Source: an uncultured bacterium
GTDB taxonomy: Bacteria; Abyssobacteria; SURF-5
Assembly (NCBI GenBank): GCA_964453435.1
Contig: CAYVQZ010000003.1
Location: 24,690-88,689 of the forward strand
Length of the DNA: 64,000 nucleotides
Reading direction: 5' to 3'
How positions within the stretch are numbered: the stretch's first letter is position 1; every line of letters begins with the position of its first letter. The notes beneath the pieces are model-generated. The model did not search any database. It saw nothing but the letters and a program-made list of their open reading frames with translations, and was not told where the DNA came from. This document shows, one piece after another, positions 1 through 9,451 of the stretch. The position numbers were made by a program, and so were the translations under genes.

Positions 1-2
1 TG

Positions 3-983
3 ATGACAAGCGGCCTTGAGTTCCGTATTCCCGACGAGGACTTTCGGCTGGCCGTTCAGGGCGCAACGCGCATAGGCACGGTTTCCGATGCCTGCCGCCT
101 GCAGTTTTTGGAGTATTGTTCGTCGAGGCAGGTCGATTCACCCGAGGCGGTCGTCGTGCATAACGGTATCCACGTTCCGAGCGGCAACGATGCCGAAACG
201 GTAATGAAGGAGCCGGTCCAACTCCTTGCCATTGGCAACTTGGCCCCCCACAAAGGATACGATTTTCTCATCGAGGCGTTGGGTCTGCTCACATCCCGGG
301 CGCGCGGAGCCGAGCTGACTGTCCTCGGTGATGGAGACTCCCGGTATTTCGCAAGACTTTGGGAGAAGGCCGAAGACACGGGCGTTGCCGAACGCATACA
401 TTTTCTCACGGCTCAGGCAGACACGGGCGGCTGGACACAAGAAGCAGACATCGTAGTGAATCCGTCCGTCGTGGAGAATTTTAGTCTTTCCGTTGCCGAG
501 GCCATGGCATACGCCAAGCCAATCATTGCCACTGACGTCGGCGCAATCCGCGAATTCTTTGTGGATGGGGAGACGGGATTGATTGTGCCGCCGGCGAATC
601 CCGATGCTCTGGCGCAGGCAATTCTTCGATTTATGGAAGACCCCCGGTTCGCGCGTGAATGCGGAGAACGAGCCAGGGACCATATTGCCCGGAACTTTCC
701 TCTGTCAAAACAGGTCGAGCGGATGGAGCGGCATTATCTCGAACTGGCCGACACCGCCACCGGCAAAGATGTTGACTGTCTTCCGCTGCTTGTGGACGGT
801 CTGATTTCCGTAAGCGAGAAAATCGCCGAACTGGAAAATGAAATCGAACGTCGACACGCCTTTCTGTCCGAATACCTTGAGAACGTGGAACGGGACATCA
901 GGACGCTGGAGGGCGTCGTTGATAACTTGCTGCAGAAGTTTCCTCTGAGGCTATACCGGAAAATAACGCGGTTGTTCAAATGA
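3..983 (+). CDS. Glycosyltransferase family 4 (GT1-fold), C-terminal part; 5' end lies off the window. Carries a C-terminal coiled-coil tail.
   Basis: ORF runs from the window edge. GT4 signature E-x7-E region (FSLSVAEAMAYAKPIIATDVGAIREF) and LGDGDSRYF motif are present. The C-terminal roughly 70 aa is heptad-like (IAELENEIERRHAFLSEYLENVERDIRTLEG). Confidence 0.8.
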   Translation: MTSGLEFRIPDEDFRLAVQGATRIGTVSDACRLQFLEYCSSRQVDSPEAVVVHNGIHVPSGNDAETVMKEPVQLLAIGNLAPHKGYDFLIEALGLLTSRARGAELTVLGDGDSRYFARLWEKAEDTGVAERIHFLTAQADTGGWTQEADIVVNPSVVENFSLSVAEAMAYAKPIIATDVGAIREFFVDGETGLIVPPANPDALAQAILRFMEDPRFARECGERARDHIARNFPLSKQVERMERHYLELADTATGKDVDCLPLLVDGLISVSEKIAELENEIERRHAFLSEYLENVERDIRTLEGVVDNLLQKFPLRLYRKITRLFK

Positions 984-1127
984 AGAACCTGATGCGTCGC
1001 GCATCCCGCGGCGACCCAAAGAGGGCGCAAACCGAGAGTATGAACAGACCAAAATCGGTTCGGATTCTCAACATTGCCGAAACGGTGACAGATAATCGAG
1101 CACGCTGTATGCCAGAAGGATAAAATC

Positions 1128-2471
1128 GTGAGAATCGGAATTGACGGAACTCTGCTTCATAGGAAGGTAACGGGCACGGAAAGATATATCCGGAACATTT
1201 TCTGGAGCCTGTGCCAGTTGGAGTCCGAGCACGAATTCGCTCTCTATAGCCGAACTCCTCTCTACTCTTCCAATGAGCTTCCCAAAAATGCGCAAGAGCG
1301 TTCGTTTCCGTCATCAATCGACATGGTGACGTCGGATTTCTTGCAAGATGAGGGCTGTGCGGTCGACCTCTACCACATGACATGGGTTGGAACACGGTTT
1401 GCGGATTTGCTTCCGCTGTATTTGGCGCCCGCATCGATGCTCACGGTGCTCGACCTGATGCTCTATCGGAATTCCTCCTATTTCGAGACCGACAATCTCC
1501 ACCAGGATTACCGACGACGGTGCGAACTTGCCATCGACCTCGCCGATTTTGTTGTCGCCATTTCACAGCACACAAAATCCGATGTTCTCGCCAATTTCGA
1601 TATCGAGCCGGACAAGGTCAAAGTGATTCTCTTGGCAAGCGACAGTCGATTCGGAAAACTCAATGACTCCCGGAGCATCGAGCGGGTCAAAAAGGAATAC
1701 GGAATCGACAAACCTTTTTTGTTCTATTTGGGGACAGATTACCCTCACAAAAATCACGAGAATCTCCTGTTGGCTTTTCGGTATCTCTTGAAAGAGCGGC
1801 GTCTGTCCGCGCAACTTGTGCTGGCAGGGGCCCGGCGATACTGTAAAGGCTCGGCTCACATAGAGCGTTTGATTTCCGAACTCCAACTGGGCAACCACCT
1901 TATATGGCTGGAGCACATAACGGATGAAGAACTGAATGTCCTGTATAATGCGGCAGAACTGTTTGTGTATCCTTCGCTGGATGAGGGATTTGGGATTCCC
2001 CTGCTCGAGGCGATGGCCTGCGGCACACCGGTGGTCGCTTCACGGGTCGCCTCCATGCCGGAAGTCGCCGGCGAGGCTGCCGTATACTTCGATCCCGCCG
2101 ACGTGAATGATATGGCGGCGGCAATAGAGCGGGTATGGTCTGACCCTGGTCTGAGACAGGAACTGGTCGAATTGGGCTACAGGCGGAATCGGGAATTCAC
2201 ATGGGAAAAGACCGCCCGGCAAACGCTTGCTCTCTATGAGGAAGCGAAACGGATTGTGAATGGCCGCCGCGACAGCTTTGCTACGGACGGCTATCTAACG
2301 AAGCTGATAGACGAAATGCTGAAGGAATACAAGAGGCTCGAGCAAGATCGCGCCAAATTGGAGAGGTCGCTCGAATTAAGAGAACGGCATTTGCGGATGC
2401 TTCTGGGGACAGGGGCTATTCAAACCTACCGCAAAGCCAGGGACACGATCCGAAGAATCACGGGACGCTGA
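1128..2471 (+). CDS. Glycosyltransferase family 4 with a C-terminal coiled-coil extension.
   Basis: N-terminus MRIGIDG, PHKNHENLL motif and GFGIPLLEAMACGTPVVAS motif are typical GT4. The last roughly 80 aa form a coiled coil (LKEYKRLEQDRAKLERSLELRERHLR). Confidence 0.85.
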   Translation: MRIGIDGTLLHRKVTGTERYIRNIFWSLCQLESEHEFALYSRTPLYSSNELPKNAQERSFPSSIDMVTSDFLQDEGCAVDLYHMTWVGTRFADLLPLYLAPASMLTVLDLMLYRNSSYFETDNLHQDYRRRCELAIDLADFVVAISQHTKSDVLANFDIEPDKVKVILLASDSRFGKLNDSRSIERVKKEYGIDKPFLFYLGTDYPHKNHENLLLAFRYLLKERRLSAQLVLAGARRYCKGSAHIERLISELQLGNHLIWLEHITDEELNVLYNAAELFVYPSLDEGFGIPLLEAMACGTPVVASRVASMPEVAGEAAVYFDPADVNDMAAAIERVWSDPGLRQELVELGYRRNREFTWEKTARQTLALYEEAKRIVNGRRDSFATDGYLTKLIDEMLKEYKRLEQDRAKLERSLELRERHLRMLLGTGAIQTYRKARDTIRRITGR

Positions 2472-2478
2472 AAATAGA

Positions 2479-3762
2479 ATGCCGATTGATTCAACACAAC
2501 TTGGTTCGCCTCCGGCAAGCCTGGTCATCACCAATTACAACGGCCGCCGTTTTCTTGAGAAATACCTCCCGAGCGTTGTCGCGGCCGCTGACCGGTACCG
2601 GGGCGAAACAGAGATAATCGTGGCGGACGATTGCAGCACCGACGACAGCGTCGCCTTCTTGCAGAAACATTATCCCGAGGTTCGCATTGTTTTAAAAGAG
2701 AAAAACTGCGGCTTTTTAAAAAATGCCAATCACGGGGTGAATTGTGCACGACATAAAATTGTAATTCTCCTGAACAATGACGTCAAAACAGAGGAGGACT
2801 TCATATCGCCATTGATAACTCATTTCCAGGACCCAAATGTTTTTTCCGTGAATCCCAAAGGCATCTTGCCAAGACTCGGATATGCCAATGAAAGTTTCAC
2901 CCGTGCTATTTTCAGAAACGGTGTGTTGCACCGCCTGCAGATGGGTATTGAACGAGATGACGATGAATTCTACACCGAACCGCAACCGTGTCTTTATGCA
3001 TGCGGAGGATATGCGGCTTATGACAAGGAAAAATTCCTGCTTCTCGGGGGATTTGACGAACTTTTCGCCCCGAATTTTGCAGAAGACTTCGACCTCGGCT
3101 ACATGGCATGGAAGGCAGGCTGGGAAAATCTCTACGAACCAAGAAGCGTCGTCTACCACGAGAGCCACGCAACCGTGGGAGACGACCCCGCACGCGAGGT
3201 CAGAAATCACATTCTTATCACATGGAAAAACACCGACGATGTTCGGCTATGGCTAAAACACGTCATCTTCTTCGCAGCGATTCATTTCATCGCTGTCATC
3301 TCGCAGAACCCATTTGCCGCATTGCACGCAAGACAATTTCGCTCTGCGCTTTCTCGCTTTCCGACAGCTATGCGGAGCCGGCGGAAAAGGAAGAAGATTC
3401 CCACAAAAAAAACCGACCGAGACATCTTAACCGCGCTGTCTGCTCCTCCTCGCGGGAAAGCGCGCTACCAAAACGCAGTTTATCACGGTCAGAAGCTTGG
3501 TACCCGCCAGGTCGGGAATTTGCTTAGGGAACAAGGTCCCTCAAAGAGCGCGATTACGGAGACTCTGAAACCACAATGGTCAGAATGGCTCGCGACATAT
3601 GCCGGAGACTATGAAGCTCGACTTGAACTCTTTCGCGCTCTTCGAAACGAGAAACAGCAGAGAGAAAGATACCTCAAAAGCCTTTTGGGAGAGCGACTAC
3701 TTCGCACCTATAAATTTTGGAAGCATAATCTTAGGAGAGTTTTGGACCTGATGAAGGCTTGA
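2479..3762 (+). CDS. Glycosyltransferase family 2 with a C-terminal basic and coiled-coil extension.
   Basis: LVITNYNGRRFLEKYLPSV...IVADDCSTDDS is the GT2 DxD region. It lies 8 nt after the preceding GT, so the two are probably co-transcribed. Confidence 0.8.
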   Translation: MPIDSTQLGSPPASLVITNYNGRRFLEKYLPSVVAAADRYRGETEIIVADDCSTDDSVAFLQKHYPEVRIVLKEKNCGFLKNANHGVNCARHKIVILLNNDVKTEEDFISPLITHFQDPNVFSVNPKGILPRLGYANESFTRAIFRNGVLHRLQMGIERDDDEFYTEPQPCLYACGGYAAYDKEKFLLLGGFDELFAPNFAEDFDLGYMAWKAGWENLYEPRSVVYHESHATVGDDPAREVRNHILITWKNTDDVRLWLKHVIFFAAIHFIAVISQNPFAALHARQFRSALSRFPTAMRSRRKRKKIPTKKTDRDILTALSAPPRGKARYQNAVYHGQKLGTRQVGNLLREQGPSKSAITETLKPQWSEWLATYAGDYEARLELFRALRNEKQQRERYLKSLLGERLLRTYKFWKHNLRRVLDLMKA

Positions 3763-3802
3763 TACAGACCGGCAGGGCTTGCTTCACGGAGTAAGAAAAC
3801 AA

Positions 3803-6058
3803 TTAAAAATAGCCAACAGCCCGTAACTGTTTCCTTAACTCTTCGTCGAGTTCCGTATTCTGATGTTTCTGCTTTCTGTATCTCTTGCTTTCCGCAGCGA
3901 AATCATGAATAGTTGAAAGCATTTCCTCCGCTCTCTCCTCGCCAATGCGGTTGACAGTCTCTGTGGGATCAAGGTGCAAATTATATAACTCGTCTCGGCG
4001 CTCGTCCAGGTTTGTGTGAAGATATGGTTTGATTGAATCTGCATAATGGATATAAACGTAAGAGTTGCGGTACAACGCCACAATGCCCAGTTCCGGCTGT
4101 TCAGTGACAATATCCCGCATCGAACCCATCGCCTTCGCTTTGGTATCGAAGGCGGAAACACCCTGAAATGTTTCCGGGACTGGCAAGCCACAAATATCGA
4201 GGATTGTGGGTGCAATATCAAGAGAGCTTATCCTCTCTTCGGTATATGCGCTGGTTCTCTCCGAAGAACCCGCCGGCAGCTTGAATATGAGAGGGACTCG
4301 CACCTGTTCTTCATAAGGGATATTTCGGTGATACCATGCAGTGAAATCCGAATCATGCACTTCGCCGAACGATTCTCCATGATCGGATGTGAAAACTATC
4401 AATGTATCGCGATACAACCCTTTGGATTTAAGATGGACCAAGAATTCCTCCAATTCTTTGTCGGTCACACTGACGGCTCCGTTATAGAGATTTTTAATAA
4501 ACTTGGAATCTGCTTCGCTGATATCATATTCTCTCAAATTAAAGCCTAACTTCTGCAATACTTTGCCGAAATTTGACATCCTGAACATTCCCTTGTAATC
4601 ATTATCGGAATACAGTTTGTGGTGGTCCCTCACGGCAACGTAATCATGTACCTCATAAGTATGGAGAAAGAGAAAGTGGCGAGTTTCTTCGTGATCGTTT
4701 ATCCAATGCCTAGCCCGATCGAAAATCTCCTTTGCCTCATTGGCTTTTCCCCCGATGTGTCGCTCATAATACGAATCAAACCCTTTGGAAAAGCCAAATC
4801 GAGACGAAATCCAGAGGTCCCCGGTAAACGCTGCGGTTGCATAATCGAAGCTCTGAAATATCTCCGAAAGGGTTGTCAAAGGAAATTCTCGCACTTCCAA
4901 GTTTGCATCATTTATACCGTGATAAGAGGGGTATAAAGAGGTCATTATGGACATGTGAGATGGCAATGTCCAAGTAGCAGGCGCAACTACATTCTTGAAA
5001 AGTATTCCGTCTTTTGCGAGCGCATCGATTCCCGGGGTCGACCTGAAGTGACCATACGCTCCGACATGGTCCGCCCGCAGCGTATCGATGGATATAAGTA
5101 TCACATTCGGGAACGTGGCATCGTTCCGGGCTACCATACGGGGCTGTGTGAATGCAATAAGGTATCCCGGCTCGAGCCAAGGGGGTTCCAAGCATTGCTT
5201 AAGTTTCTGCATCAATTCCACCGGCCTGCACTCAACTTCCACCGTCATTTCCTCTTCGCTCTCCAGACCGAGACCAAAGCGTACTTCTTGCCATGTATCG
5301 ACCATCTGGACTGACGCAGACTTTTTCTCGATGACATTGCCCCCCTCGTCTCTCAGGGTAATACTAACACGAAAATGCTTCTCCCAATCATCCAGAAAAT
5401 CTACAGGACCGACCGCGAGACAAAGCTTTCCTCCCGGGAGCGGCTTAATCTTCTTCGGAAACTTGTATGGCAGGCTTGGATGCCACGGAACCGCCCGCCG
5501 CGTTACATGGTCAATCGTCAAGTTAGCCCATTGTCCGGATTGTTTGTAAGCACGACGATATGATAGTTGATGCACATATAAGAGAAGCACGACGCCGACC
5601 AGAATCAAAAAGAGTCGGCCGCCGGAAAATACATGTTTGCGTTGGCCTGCATCCCACAAGACCTTTGCCAGCGCCACTCCTTGAGCTGCGAGAAACAAGA
5701 GGGAAACGAGAAGCGCCATGTGGCGGAAGCTGCTCTGCCAATCAAAGAACAGAATCTGCCTCGCCAAGGGATACAAGAAAAAAACGACTAGGCTGGCAAA
5801 GGGGAGTGAAAAAGATTTCCGCACTCCCTCCCTCGATTTGGCAAGCAAGTGTGCGAGGACAAAAGATTGCACCTCCCATATTAGATGCGCCGCAAGCGCG
5901 AAAAGAGCCATAAGAATGAGAAGTCGAACGTTTATGAGAGAATCAAAGCCACGCTCGAATTTGCGAAACTGAACGAAAAATCCCACTCCGCACCCGCCGA
6001 GAGCGGTCAAGAGAAAATAATAGGATCCAACCCCCTTTCGCTCTTTCGCCAAACGCAT
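3803..6058 (-). CDS. Membrane-anchored sulfatase-family (alkaline-phosphatase superfamily) protein, paralog 1 of 4. Resembles OpgB, LtaS or EptA phosphotransferases, with Thr at the nucleophile position.
   Basis: The N-terminal roughly 180 aa holds 4-5 hydrophobic helices. The core has ILISIDTLRADHVGAYGH and ATWTLPSHMSIMTSLYP. The sulfatase C-x-P-x-R is replaced by T-x-P-x-H. The protein ends in LRAVGYF. Confidence 0.8.
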   Translation of the reverse strand: MRLAKERKGVGSYYFLLTALGGCGVGFFVQFRKFERGFDSLINVRLLILMALFALAAHLIWEVQSFVLAHLLAKSREGVRKSFSLPFASLVVFFLYPLARQILFFDWQSSFRHMALLVSLLFLAAQGVALAKVLWDAGQRKHVFSGGRLFLILVGVVLLLYVHQLSYRRAYKQSGQWANLTIDHVTRRAVPWHPSLPYKFPKKIKPLPGGKLCLAVGPVDFLDDWEKHFRVSITLRDEGGNVIEKKSASVQMVDTWQEVRFGLGLESEEEMTVEVECRPVELMQKLKQCLEPPWLEPGYLIAFTQPRMVARNDATFPNVILISIDTLRADHVGAYGHFRSTPGIDALAKDGILFKNVVAPATWTLPSHMSIMTSLYPSYHGINDANLEVREFPLTTLSEIFQSFDYATAAFTGDLWISSRFGFSKGFDSYYERHIGGKANEAKEIFDRARHWINDHEETRHFLFLHTYEVHDYVAVRDHHKLYSDNDYKGMFRMSNFGKVLQKLGFNLREYDISEADSKFIKNLYNGAVSVTDKELEEFLVHLKSKGLYRDTLIVFTSDHGESFGEVHDSDFTAWYHRNIPYEEQVRVPLIFKLPAGSSERTSAYTEERISSLDIAPTILDICGLPVPETFQGVSAFDTKAKAMGSMRDIVTEQPELGIVALYRNSYVYIHYADSIKPYLHTNLDERRDELYNLHLDPTETVNRIGEERAEEMLSTIHDFAAESKRYRKQKHQNTELDEELRKQLRAVGYF

Positions 6059-6342
6059 CCTCCCGTCTCTATTTCTTCCTCATACTGCCTATCATGAAAG
6101 AGGATATGGTCAAATTGGAAAACGCAATGTCAAAAGGTCATGTTGGTGCGACAGCCAGCTATTGGCTTCAGTACTATACGTGCGGGACTCTATTTTTTTC
6201 CTGCTCTGTGAAACCGTATAGGACAGGTTGTTACGACCCGCGTAATTCATGCTTTGACAATGCGGTCATTTTTCAAATTGGTTTGAATGGGATAAAAATC
6301 TGCTCTCAGCATGACTTAACAAAAGAAAGCAGGAGCCTTTGC

Positions 6343-7371
6343 CTAAAAAACGCTTTTAATCCTTGCAAGTGTCTCTTCCATTTGCACAAGCAGTGTCATC
6401 CACTCGATATTATAATAGCGTGGATTCAAAAAATCGGTAAAACCATGCTCCAAGACCCGCTCGACCATATTTTCGGCTGATTCCTTCACCGGCATGGTTG
6501 GCTTGAAGCCGAGCACTGTTTCAATCTTCTGTCCGGTAACTCTATAACTCCGAGCTTTATAATGTGAATAGTCCACATTGATATCGAGTTTCACTCTGTG
6601 TTTGAGTGCCTCGCGTGTATAATGCGCAAGTTCCAAAATGCGGTAGTTTTTGAAAACAAGATTAAAAATTTGTCCTCTTACCTTGTCTTCCGGTGCCTCG
6701 ACGCAGCAGATGTGTGCCTTAGCAACGTCGGTCACATCAACTAATGGACGCCACATTTCTCCGCCGCAAAATACCGTGAGCGTCCCCTTTGTGAGCGCAT
6801 CCTTTACAAATGTGTTCACCACAAGGTCGTACCTCATGCGCGGACTGAACCCATAGACCGTCCCCTGTCTCAGGATTACCGGACAAAAATTTTCGTCGCA
6901 CAAATCGAGCAACATTTTCTCTGCCTCATAGTTTGAAATCGCATAGGCAGCCCGTGGTGCGACCTGAGCGTTTTCGTCATAGAGCAGGTCTTCGGCGAAT
7001 AGGCCGCGGTCATAAATCGAGCATGTTGAAGCAAACGTGAACCGCCTTATCCCCCGTTCCTTGCACGCTTTTGCGAGAACACCAGTGGCCACCGCATTCA
7101 TCTCGTGATTTGCGCTCGGGTTGAATTCGGCGGTAGGGTCATTAGATAAGCCGGCGAGGTGAACCACGGAGTCGATACCGTCAAGCCACTTCGGTTCGAT
7201 ATACCTGATGTCCCCTTGGACCAGGTCGATTTTGTCCCTGCAATCTTTCAGGCCTTCGTCGCCAAAGTAAAGCTTGTCCACTACCCTCACGGCCTCCCCT
7301 TTGGCAAGAAACTCCGCCACTAAAACACATCCAATATATCCCGCACCGCCAGTTACCAAGATCATAATCAA
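6343..7371 (-). CDS. NAD-dependent nucleotide-sugar epimerase/dehydratase (extended SDR).
   Basis: VTGGAGYIG Rossmann motif and YxxxK region (YAISNYEAEK) are present. Length is 342 aa. Confidence 0.85.
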   Translation of the reverse strand: MIMILVTGGAGYIGCVLVAEFLAKGEAVRVVDKLYFGDEGLKDCRDKIDLVQGDIRYIEPKWLDGIDSVVHLAGLSNDPTAEFNPSANHEMNAVATGVLAKACKERGIRRFTFASTCSIYDRGLFAEDLLYDENAQVAPRAAYAISNYEAEKMLLDLCDENFCPVILRQGTVYGFSPRMRYDLVVNTFVKDALTKGTLTVFCGGEMWRPLVDVTDVAKAHICCVEAPEDKVRGQIFNLVFKNYRILELAHYTREALKHRVKLDINVDYSHYKARSYRVTGQKIETVLGFKPTMPVKESAENMVERVLEHGFTDFLNPRYYNIEWMTLLVQMEETLARIKSVF

Positions 7372-7873
7372 GCCTCTATTTGCTTTTTCCTACTCGCCGA
7401 GGTTTTTTCATCTGCTTTTTTTCCAAAGCATATTCATCGCCATAACATGCCGGAAAATTTTATTAAACCAATTTGCGCTCACTTTAGCAGATAAATAAAG
7501 AAAAGTCAAAGATCTGTGATGGCAAAGCATGTTTCTTGAAATCAACATTTTTGACAGCCACTGCTTACCTCGGCCATCCTTGCCCGAACTCATGAATGAA
7601 TCGTGAAGATTCGGACTGTGGCAATATGGCGAACTCTTGCGCATCGAGAGCTTAACGGGTGGAATTGGGGGAAAAAATCATATAGAATAAAGCACACCAA
7701 TGGCCAGGTCCTGCGGCAGAAATCATTCATCCTCAATGCAAGTGTATTTATTAAAATGAATTCCGAGAAGGACCTCTCGCTGATTGTGGTAACGGTCACA
7801 TCCCGCAAGCGAAGCCGCAACTCTCGGACCGCGCCTTTTTTACAACGTCGTTAGACAAGAGGGGAAAAGTTCC

Positions 7874-9241
7874 ATGAAAGTCGGGATCGATGGAAGACTC
7901 TTATTCAGGAACATAACCGGCCAGGAGCGATATGTATGGAACCTGTGTAGCCATTTAAAGAATAGCCCTGGTGCCACGTTTGTGCTCTACACCACCAGTC
8001 CCTTTCCGCAAATCGAACAATTGCGGCCACGTTTTTCGGAAAGCGTTATAGGTGTTGGACCAAAACTCGCCGGTCGAGTTCTCTCCTGTGAGGAAAACAT
8101 CGACCTCTATCACCTCTGTTGGCCGGGCTACACGGTTATGGACAGCTTGCTGCTTCTCCTGATGCCTCGATCCATATACACCCCGCATGACCTTGTTCAA
8201 TATAAGAACCCACAGTATTTCCCGAGCCGATTCGCCCATGAGCGATACAGGCAGATGATTAGCCTGAGTTGCCGCTGGGCGGATAAGGTCATAACTGTCT
8301 CAAACCACTCGAGGCGCGACATCATTGAAACGCTGAAGATTCCTCCTGATAAAGTGAAGGTGATTTATGAAGGGGTGGACCCGAAATTCAAAGTCATCGA
8401 CGACAGGAGCAAGCTCGAGAAGGTTCGCAAGAAGTTCGAACTAAAGGGGAGGTTGATCTTTAATCTGGCAACTGATTATCCACACAAAAACGCCGGAAAT
8501 CTCATACGCGCCTTCAGCGAACTGTCACGGACAGAAGATGAACCGCTCGAGCTCATTATCGCAGGCCAGCGTTATGACCGGAAAGGGTCCGAGGAGATCA
8601 GCCGATTACTCGAGGAGGTTCCTTATCGCGAGAATATTCGGTGGCTCAATCATCTGGCCGACGACGACATCCTGTCGCTTTACAATATCGCCGATGTGTT
8701 CGTGAACCCTTCGCTGTTCGAGGGATTCGGGCTTACGGTGCTCGAGGCGATGGCCTGCGGCGCGCCGGTAGTGGTTTCCGACGCCACCTCGCTTCCGGAG
8801 GTGGCCGGTGACGCCGCGCTGACTGTAGATGCCCGCGATGTTGAAGAAATCGTTCAGGCAGTCAAGGAGCTGCTGCACAATCCCCTTTTGCGAAACAGCC
8901 TCATCGAGAAAGGCTTCAAACAAGTCGAACGATTCAGTTGGGAAAGAACAGCGAGAGAAACCCAGAGCGTATATGAAGACGTTTGCCGAACGACTCCCGC
9001 CCGTGGAACCGACGGACTGCCCGAACCAATGAAGCAATGGCTCCGCCGACATCTGGTCGTGGCCGCGGGGATGGAGGAAGAAATCGGCGTCTTAAGCGCT
9101 CGGATTGACCGTATCGACGCCAGGCTGGCCAGGCTTCGGGCATCCGTCCCCGGCCAAATGTACAGAACCGCGCGGCGCGCGGTTCGCCGAAGCAAGAACG
9201 ACGGTTCCGAGAGCCCGGCGAATAACAAAACGAGGGAATGA
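7874..9241 (+). CDS. Glycosyltransferase family 4 with a C-terminal coiled-coil extension.
   Basis: MKVGIDGRLL, PHKNAGNLI and EGFGLTVLEAMACGAPVVVSD motifs match GT4. The C-terminal helix reads EEEIGVLSARIDRIDARLARLRAS. Confidence 0.85.
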   Translation: MKVGIDGRLLFRNITGQERYVWNLCSHLKNSPGATFVLYTTSPFPQIEQLRPRFSESVIGVGPKLAGRVLSCEENIDLYHLCWPGYTVMDSLLLLLMPRSIYTPHDLVQYKNPQYFPSRFAHERYRQMISLSCRWADKVITVSNHSRRDIIETLKIPPDKVKVIYEGVDPKFKVIDDRSKLEKVRKKFELKGRLIFNLATDYPHKNAGNLIRAFSELSRTEDEPLELIIAGQRYDRKGSEEISRLLEEVPYRENIRWLNHLADDDILSLYNIADVFVNPSLFEGFGLTVLEAMACGAPVVVSDATSLPEVAGDAALTVDARDVEEIVQAVKELLHNPLLRNSLIEKGFKQVERFSWERTARETQSVYEDVCRTTPARGTDGLPEPMKQWLRRHLVVAAGMEEEIGVLSARIDRIDARLARLRASVPGQMYRTARRAVRRSKNDGSESPANNKTRE

Positions 9242-9367
9242 AATCCCATGAGCAGGTCGAAGGCGCTGTCGCTGATTGTCTCGCTTCTTTCGGTTCGGGC
9301 CGGTCTCATTTCCCACGCGCGTGAGAATACTTAGGACAGTTGGGTGTGGTCAGCCGCGGAATATTCA

Positions 9368-9397
9368 TTGACATCCACATTTCGCGTTGAGTAGAAT
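9368..9397 (+). promoter_or_regulatory. Putative sigma-70-type promoter (TTGACA-N18-TAGAAT) upstream of sulfatase-family paralog 2.
   Basis: TTGACA at 9368-9373, an 18 nt spacer, and TAGAAT at 9392-9397. This lies 55 nt upstream of the ATG at 9452. Confidence 0.35.
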
Positions 9398-9451
9398 TTT
9401 TTTGCTGAAAAGCATTGAGAAAGGCACATCGAAAGGCCGGAGCTTTTTTCG

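Noticed and set aside
6094-6480. Cys-rich 128 aa ORF in the AT-rich spacer between sulfatase-family paralog 1 and the epimerase.
   Set aside because: It overlaps the 3' end of the epimerase gene on the other strand. It has no RBS or recognisable fold. It probably reflects the AT-rich promoter or terminator spacer.
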